DNA from: an uncultured Clostridium sp. | GTDB lineage: Bacteria > Bacillota > Clostridia > TANB77 > CAG-508 | DNA length: 64,000 nucleotides | Reading direction: 5' to 3' | Assembly (NCBI GenBank): GCA_900551615.1 | Contig: URWN01000001.1 | Coordinates: forward strand, 4,295 to 68,294 | In this document: piece by piece, positions 57,992 to 64,000 of the stretch | Layout: each line of letters opens with the position of its first letter | Numbering within the stretch: position 1 is the first letter of the stretch | The notes under the pieces: model-generated | The model's database searches: none | The model's input: only the letters and a program-made list of their open reading frames with translations | What the model was told of the DNA's origin: nothing | Position numbers and translations under genes: made by a program

Positions 57992-58063
57992 AAAATATTT
58001 ATCTTTACAAACTAATATAAAAAAACACATACTTGACATATACCAATATTAGGAGTGAAGGTT

Positions 58064-58414
58064 ATGGTAATAAAAAGAGGAGATATGTTTTATGCAGATT
58101 TAAGTCCAGTTGTAGGTTCAGAGCAAGGAGGAATAAGACCAGTTCTTATAATTCAAAATGACATGGGAAATAAATATAGTCCAACAGTAATTGCAGCAGC
58201 AATAACTTCGCAAATGAATAAAACAAAATTACCAACACATATAGAAATTGATTCAGAACAATGTGGATTAAAAAACAACTCAGTTGTTTTAGCAGAACAA
58301 ATTAGAACAATTGATAAAAGCAGATTAAAGGAAAAAATAGGTCATATAGAAGATGAAAAAATAATAAATAAAATAAACAATGCACTTGGCGTAAGCTTTG
58401 GGCTAGAAGAATAA
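58064..58414 (+). CDS. mazF: MazF/PemK (EndoA-like) endoribonuclease toxin
   Basis: [31 protein letters not shown]...KLPTHIEI...[15 protein letters not shown]. Confidence 0.9.
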   Translation: MVIKRGDMFYADLSPVVGSEQGGIRPVLIIQNDMGNKYSPTVIAAAITSQMNKTKLPTHIEIDSEQCGLKNNSVVLAEQIRTIDKSRLKEKIGHIEDEKIINKINNALGVSFGLEE

Positions 58415-58417
58415 AAT

Positions 58418-58447
58418 TCGGGATTAGAGGCAGTCCTCCAATCCCGA
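58418..58447. terminator. bidirectional hairpin between mazF and the HD-GYP gene
   Basis: tcgggattagagg / cctccaatcccga, 13-bp stem with one mismatch, 4-nt loop. A/T runs on both sides. Confidence 0.75.
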
Positions 58448-58451
58448 AAAA

Positions 58452-59390
58452 TTATACTTTCATTTTTTTAATAACTTTAATTTCATCAAACAATTTATCA
58501 ATAAGAGCAGATTTCTCCTCAATAATATTACGGTAAGAAGCTAAAATTTCAGAATAATTATCAACAGTTTCAACACCAACAAGAAGACACTTCATACCAT
58601 TCAAATAATAATTTTTTTTCTTTTCATCATTAGAAGAAAGCCTCTTTTTATCATATTTTTCAATTTCAGATAATCTTTTAACTTCAACTTTGACATCTTT
58701 TAAATAATCCATAATACAAGAAATTTCATATTCAGTATCATCAATTATAACCTTAAGTAAAGCTTTAACAACAATAGGATTAAGCTGACCGACTTTAGGA
58801 TCTTTAACAGGAACTTTGTAATTTTCAGGGTCTTCTATAGGTTTAGCTTCAGTTAATAAAATTTTAAGAGTATCTATAATATCAATATGAGACTTATATT
58901 GACGTTTACTAATAATTGCATCAAACTCATCTGCAACACGTATAATTTGCCCTTCAATAGGAATTTCATCTTTAACCAAACCATTGGGATATCCAATTCC
59001 ATTTAGAGCCTCATGGTGGTATATTGGACCTGCTGCATAAGGACGTAATTTTAAATCATCCATACAAATTTTATATCCAATAGTAGTATGAGTTTTCATT
59101 ATTTTAAATTCTTCCTCAGTTAGAGGAGCCTGCTTTTGCAATATACTAGCAGGAATAAATTGTTTACCAATATCATGTAAATAAGCACATATTGTACAGT
59201 ATTCCGTAAAATCCTTAGACAAATGCAAATATTGGCAAATTCTACAAACAATACTTGCAACATTTTCAGAATGTTTTCTTGTAAAAACATCTAAACTTCC
59301 CAAAATATTTAATTGATATTGCATGCTTTTATCTAAATTATAAGATTTCAAACTCGTTTTATCATAAAAATCAAAAACTTCTTTTAGCAT
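58452..59390 (-). CDS. HD-GYP domain phosphodiesterase
   Basis: HSENVA...YLHDIGK and HHEALNGIGYP motifs. Confidence 0.85.
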   Translation of the reverse strand: MLKEVFDFYDKTSLKSYNLDKSMQYQLNILGSLDVFTRKHSENVASIVCRICQYLHLSKDFTEYCTICAYLHDIGKQFIPASILQKQAPLTEEEFKIMKTHTTIGYKICMDDLKLRPYAAGPIYHHEALNGIGYPNGLVKDEIPIEGQIIRVADEFDAIISKRQYKSHIDIIDTLKILLTEAKPIEDPENYKVPVKDPKVGQLNPIVVKALLKVIIDDTEYEISCIMDYLKDVKVEVKRLSEIEKYDKKRLSSNDEKKKNYYLNGMKCLLVGVETVDNYSEILASYRNIIEEKSALIDKLFDEIKVIKKMKV

Positions 59391-59529
59391 AATAAACCTC
59401 TTTTCTTAATATACTTTAAACATTTTAACAAAAAAGATTTTTTAATTCAAGTAAACAGAAAAAAATATTGTAAAATTTAATAAAATGTGGTTTAATATAT
59501 AAAGAAACAAATAAAAAGTAGGAGAAAAA

Positions 59530-60522
59530 ATGTTTAAAAATAAAGAAAATTATAAAGAATATTTAGAAAAACAAAAAGTTGAAATATCATATTTAGATGA
59601 AAGTAATTATTTTCAACATTCAGAAAATGGCGAGATAATACTAAAAAAACAAGACTGCAATGTATCTTCAATAGATGTAGAAAGATACACAAATTGTATA
59701 AATTGGATTTTATTAAAAGATAAAAAAACAATGGCATTATTAAAAAGACCATTTGGAGATATATACAGACAATTAACTAAAGAACAGTATAATATTGCAT
59801 TATACAATAATATATTATTGCCACAAATAGCCAAACAATTTCAAAATAAATCTGCAATGTATTACATAGTAAAAGGGAACAGATTAAGTAATAATTTAAA
59901 ACATATATTAACAATTGATTTTAAAGAAACAAACGAAGAATTAATACATGGAGAAGATATACTAGAAGAAGCCGGCGGAGATATAAATGAACTAGATATA
60001 AAAACAATAATCAGTTATATAAATAAATACTTACAAGGAATTGGTGCAAAAACTCAAGATATTGATACAATACAAAAAGAATTTATAAAACAATCATTTT
60101 ATAATAGATTTGTTAAACAGTCAGATGAAAATAATCATAATTGGGGAATATTAGTAAATAATCAAGAAAATCGAGCAAGAATTGCGCCAATTTATGATTT
60201 AGACTGTTGTTGCGAAGTTGGAACATTAAGAAAAAATGTTAGAACAACAAGTGATGGAAGCAAATATAATATTGAAGGATTCTTTAAAGATTTTGGAAAA
60301 TATAGATGGTTTAATATGTATACAAAAGAAATAATAGAAGATTTTGATATAAATAAAGCAATTAAAAATTCAAAAAGTGAAACAGGAATAGATATTCCTC
60401 AAGAAGTAAAAGAATATTATAAAACATTTTTTGGAGAAAGATATTATGAACTAAAAAGCGCATACCAAGAATATTTAGAAAAAGGAACAAACGAAGAAAA
60501 AGAAGAAAATCAAGCAAGATAA
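59530..60522 (+). CDS. HipA-like kinase-fold protein
   Basis: SDENNHNWGILV (catalytic-loop-like D..NH.N) followed by RIAPIYDLD, which resembles the HipA C-terminal domain. Confidence 0.4.
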   Translation: MFKNKENYKEYLEKQKVEISYLDESNYFQHSENGEIILKKQDCNVSSIDVERYTNCINWILLKDKKTMALLKRPFGDIYRQLTKEQYNIALYNNILLPQIAKQFQNKSAMYYIVKGNRLSNNLKHILTIDFKETNEELIHGEDILEEAGGDINELDIKTIISYINKYLQGIGAKTQDIDTIQKEFIKQSFYNRFVKQSDENNHNWGILVNNQENRARIAPIYDLDCCCEVGTLRKNVRTTSDGSKYNIEGFFKDFGKYRWFNMYTKEIIEDFDINKAIKNSKSETGIDIPQEVKEYYKTFFGERYYELKSAYQEYLEKGTNEEKEENQAR

Positions 60523-60581
60523 TTGAAAAATAGAGCAAAAAGTGATATTATATTACATAATTAAAATTTGGAGGAAAAACA

Positions 60582-62324
60582 ATGTATAGAACAAAAACAT
60601 GTGGAGAACTAAACATAAGTAATGTAAATGAAACAGTAGAATTAGCAGGATGGATACAAAAAATAAGAGACTTAGGAGCAATGGTATTCATCGACTTAAG
60701 AGACCAATTTGGAATAACACAAATAGTAATAAATGAAGAAGAACTACAAAAACAAGCCAAAAACCTAACAACAGAAAGCTGTATCCACATATCTGGAAAA
60801 GTTGTGGAAAGAAGTAACAAAAATACAAAAATTCCAACAGGAGAAATAGAAGTAATAGCAAACGAAATAGAAGTGTTAGGAAAATGCAAAAATGTACTTC
60901 CATTTGAAATAAATACAGACCAAGAAGTTAGAGAAGATTTAAGGTTAGAATACAGATTTTTAGATTTAAGAAATGAAAAACTACATAACAACATTTTACT
61001 ACGTTCAAAAATCTTAAAAACATTAAGAGACAAAATGGATGAATTAGGATTTGCAGAAATTCAAACCCCAATCCTTGCAAACTCTTCACCAGAAGGAGCA
61101 AGGGACTATTTAGTACCAAGCAGACTAAACCCAGGAGAATTTTATGCATTACCACAAGCGCCACAACAATTTAAACAATTATTAATGGTATCAGGATTTG
61201 ATAAATACTTCCAAATAGCACCATGTTTTAGAGACGAAGACCCTAGAGCAGACAGAGCACCAGGAGAATTTTATCAATTAGACTTTGAAATGAGCTTTGC
61301 AACACAAGAAGACGTATTCAAAGTAATAGAAGAAGTAGTACCATATACATTCAAAAAATTCACAACATGGAAAGTAGACGAAGGACCATTTATAAAAATT
61401 CCATATAGAGAGGCAATGGAAAAATACGGAATAGACAAACCAGATTTAAGAAACCCATTAATAATACAAGATGTAACAAAATGCTTTGCAAATTCAGACT
61501 TTAAAGCATTTGAAGGAAAAACAATAAAAGCAATAATAGTTCCAGACGGAGCAAACCAAGGAAGGAAATTCTTTGACAAAATGACTGAATATGCTACATC
61601 AGAAGAAGTTGGAGCAAAAGGACTAGCATGGACAAAATACGAAGAATCAGGAGAAGTTACAGGAGGAATAGCAAAATTCATTACAGACGAAATAAAAGAA
61701 CAATTAATAAATGAATTTGGAATGAATAAAAACTCAAGTGTATTCTTCATAGCAGATGAATTCAAAACAGCACAAAAAATAGCAGGTCTAGTTAGAATTG
61801 AACTAGGTAAAAGACTAGACTTACTAGAAAAAGATGTTTACAGATTCTGCTATATAGTAGACTTCCCAATGTATGAATTATCAGACGAAGGAACAATAGA
61901 CTTCAACCATAATCCATTTTCAATGCCACAAGGTGGAATGGAAGCACTAGAAACACAAGATCCATTAGATATACTAGCATATCAATATGATTTAGTATGT
62001 AATGGATATGAAATGGCATCAGGAGCAGTAAGAAACCACAATCCAGAAATAATGGTAAAAGCATTTGAAATTGCAGGATACAAAGAAGAAGATGTAAAAA
62101 ATAGATTTGGTGCATTATACAATGCATTCCAATACGGAACACCACCACATGCAGGAGCAGCACCTGGCGTAGACAGAATGGTAATGCTAATAGAAGACTC
62201 ACAAAACATAAGAGAAGTAATAGCATTCCCTAAAAATAAGAGAGCAAGAGACTTACTTATGAGAGCACCATCAGTTGTATCAGAGCAACAACTAAAAGAT
62301 GTTCACATTGAAGTAAGAAAGTAA
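60582..62324 (+). CDS. aspS: aspartate--tRNA ligase
   Basis: OB-fold N-terminus. Class II motifs FRDEDPRADR and GGMDR-like GVDRMVM. Confidence 0.95.
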   Translation: MYRTKTCGELNISNVNETVELAGWIQKIRDLGAMVFIDLRDQFGITQIVINEEELQKQAKNLTTESCIHISGKVVERSNKNTKIPTGEIEVIANEIEVLGKCKNVLPFEINTDQEVREDLRLEYRFLDLRNEKLHNNILLRSKILKTLRDKMDELGFAEIQTPILANSSPEGARDYLVPSRLNPGEFYALPQAPQQFKQLLMVSGFDKYFQIAPCFRDEDPRADRAPGEFYQLDFEMSFATQEDVFKVIEEVVPYTFKKFTTWKVDEGPFIKIPYREAMEKYGIDKPDLRNPLIIQDVTKCFANSDFKAFEGKTIKAIIVPDGANQGRKFFDKMTEYATSEEVGAKGLAWTKYEESGEVTGGIAKFITDEIKEQLINEFGMNKNSSVFFIADEFKTAQKIAGLVRIELGKRLDLLEKDVYRFCYIVDFPMYELSDEGTIDFNHNPFSMPQGGMEALETQDPLDILAYQYDLVCNGYEMASGAVRNHNPEIMVKAFEIAGYKEEDVKNRFGALYNAFQYGTPPHAGAAPGVDRMVMLIEDSQNIREVIAFPKNKRARDLLMRAPSVVSEQQLKDVHIEVRK

Positions 62325-62380
62325 AGACAGTGCAAATTTGTCTCAAAATTTTGTAAAAAATGTCGAAAATGAAAATATAA

Positions 62381-62405
62381 AAGTCCAGCAATTTGCTGGA
62401 CTTTT
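62381..62405 (+). terminator. rho-independent terminator of aspS
   Basis: aagtccagca / tgctggactt 10-bp stem, 3-nt loop, then TT(TT). Confidence 0.75.
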
Positions 62406-62461
62406 GTTATAAGCATTGATATAATAAAAAAGAAGAATAAAAAAAGAAAGGACGAAATAAA

Positions 62462-62734
62462 ATGGAATATAGATATGAACCAGAAGGAGTCTGCTCACAA
62501 GAAATGATAATAGAAGTAGACGGAGATACAATAAAAAAAGTGACAATACAAGGAGGATGTGCTGGAAATACAGTAGGAGTATCAAGACTAATAGAAGGAA
62601 TGAAAATTCAAGAAGCCATAAAAAGACTAAAAGGAATTCAATGTGGATATAAAGGGACATCATGCCCAGATCAATTAGCAATAGCATTAGAAAAAATAGT
62701 AGAAAAAAGCAGAAATAAAAAATACAAAAAATAG
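62462..62734 (+). CDS. TSCPD-domain (TIGR03905-like) small protein
   Basis: GGCAGNTVGVSRL ... CGYKGTSCPDQLA. Confidence 0.8.
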   Translation: MEYRYEPEGVCSQEMIIEVDGDTIKKVTIQGGCAGNTVGVSRLIEGMKIQEAIKRLKGIQCGYKGTSCPDQLAIALEKIVEKSRNKKYKK

Positions 62735-62795
62735 CATTGACAATATTCGACAGCTAAATATATAATAGCATTATAAAATAAAAAGGGGAAAACAA

Positions 62796-63737
62796 ATGAA
62801 AAGTAAGAAATTAAAAAACGTAATATTAACAATAATTTTTACAATAATTACAACAATAACAACATACAGTATTGCTGATGTTGGTAGTTTTGAATCATAC
62901 GATAGTGGTAGCTCATGGAGTAGTAGCAGTAGTGATTATGGAAGTTCATCTTGGAGTAGTAGTGATTACGGAAGTTCATGGAGTGATCATGATTATGGAA
63001 GAGGAAGTTATTCTCATAGCAGTGGAAGTTCAGAGTGGGATTTTTTTGATTTTTTTATTGCAGTAATAATATTAATGATTGTTATATATATAACATTTAG
63101 AAAAGGAAAATCTGATCAAAAATATCAAAGACCTGTAATTCATAAAGATAAAGATTATATAGGATATGTAGACGAAATTGTAATAGAAAACAAAATAAAA
63201 GCAATAGATCCAAACTTTAACAAAGAAGAATTCATAGCATGGTCAAAAGACGTATTTGTAAAATTACAAACAGCGTGGACAAAAAGAGACTGGGAAGAAA
63301 TAAGGTTGTATGAAACAAACGAACTATTTGAACAACACAAAACACAATTACAAGGATATATAAACAATGGAACAATAAATGTAATGGATAGAATTTGTGT
63401 AAATTACGCAAAATTAAACAAATTTGAACAAACAGCAGACAAAGACATTTTAAACATAGCCTTAAACTCATCAATGATAGATTATATAAAAGACGAAAAA
63501 ACAGGAGCAGTACTAAAAGGAAATACAGAAATCAGACTAACAAACACATATAGACTAACATTTGTTAGAAAAAAAGGAGTACTAACACAAGCAGGAGGAC
63601 CAAAAGTAGCATCAGCAAATTGCCCAAACTGTGGAGCACCAACAAAAGTGGCATTAGCAGGAAAATGTGAATACTGTGGAAGTATCATAAAAATAGAAGA
63701 ACATGGATGGGTACTATCTAATTTAGAAAGAATATAA
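62796..63737 (+). CDS. Tim44-like domain membrane protein with Ser-rich N-region and C-terminal zinc ribbon
   Basis: TM segments, SSW/DYG low-complexity region, Tim44-like core (EEFIAWSKDVFVKLQTAWTKRDWEEI), CPNCGAP...CEYCGS. Confidence 0.75.
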   Translation: MKSKKLKNVILTIIFTIITTITTYSIADVGSFESYDSGSSWSSSSSDYGSSSWSSSDYGSSWSDHDYGRGSYSHSSGSSEWDFFDFFIAVIILMIVIYITFRKGKSDQKYQRPVIHKDKDYIGYVDEIVIENKIKAIDPNFNKEEFIAWSKDVFVKLQTAWTKRDWEEIRLYETNELFEQHKTQLQGYINNGTINVMDRICVNYAKLNKFEQTADKDILNIALNSSMIDYIKDEKTGAVLKGNTEIRLTNTYRLTFVRKKGVLTQAGGPKVASANCPNCGAPTKVALAGKCEYCGSIIKIEEHGWVLSNLERI

Positions 63738-63829
63738 AACGAGGATGGGTACAATACAATTTAGAAATAATATAAAACAAGGATAAGTACAATCTATTTA
63801 AAAAATATAAAAATAGGAGGAAAAAATTA

Positions 63830-64000
63830 TGGGATTAATTAAAGCTACAGCAAGTGCTATAGGAAGTACAATGCATGACCAATGGAAAGAAGCAATAAGA
63901 TGTGAGGACTTAGAAAACGAAATATTAATGGTAAAGAAAACAACACCAACAGGAGTAATAACAAACAAAAGCACAATAATAGTTGCACCAGGACAATGTG
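63830..64000 (+). CDS. SPFH/YdjI-like protein (5' part, runs off the window)
   Basis: MGLIKATASAIGSTMHDQWKEAIRCEDLENEILMVKK N-terminus behind aggagg. Confidence 0.6.

Noticed and set aside
1-64000. Scan for CRISPR arrays, rRNA genes, reverse transcriptase/retron modules, intact transposases or integrases.
   Set aside because: None were found. There are no regularly spaced direct repeats with unique spacers, no YxDD RT motif ORF, and no DDE, serine or tyrosine recombinase ORF of usable length.

Overview
Very AT-rich, purine-skewed Firmicutes/Clostridia-like chromosome segment. Almost all housekeeping genes are on the + strand: fatty-acid-CoA ligase, tRNA-fMet, rRNA m5C methyltransferase, def, plsC, dagK-like kinase, cyclophilin, choloylglycine hydrolase, mgtA, topA, tRNA-Gly/Cys, spoIVFA/FB-like pair, minD/minE/rodA, dus, mazF, HD-GYP, aspS, Tim44-like/SPFH. 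Between def (ends 4778) and the plsC block lies an accessory region of about 24.6 kb (4779-29405). It has no intact integrase and is packed with defence genes. In order these are: a type I R-M operon (hsdM-hsdS-unknown-hsdR), a GmrSD-like DUF262/DUF1524 nuclease, a decayed chimeric ATPase ORF, an IetAS-like AAA+ ATPase/S8 protease pair, a pRiA4-ORF3-like gene plus a KAP P-loop NTPase, an ApeA-like HEPN protein, a two-gene soluble-plus-4-TM module, and a zinc-ribbon/helical protein. The best candidates for undescribed biology are three. (1) A 218-aa Cys-rich/HEPN-like gene occurs twice (74% identical), each copy directly 3' of a different nuclease-type defence gene. (2) The translationally coupled 296-aa + 160-aa membrane pair at 26583-27957. 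(3) The unknown 271-aa gene sits in the PrrC position inside the type I R-M operon. Other points: junction scars including a tRNA(CAU) 3'-half relic, likely ATT/ATA start codons, a duplicated 5' leader repeat family, a solitary mazF, a HipA-like kinase, a long-tailed MinE, and several frameshifted or decayed genes. All functional calls come from motifs read by eye; no database search was possible.
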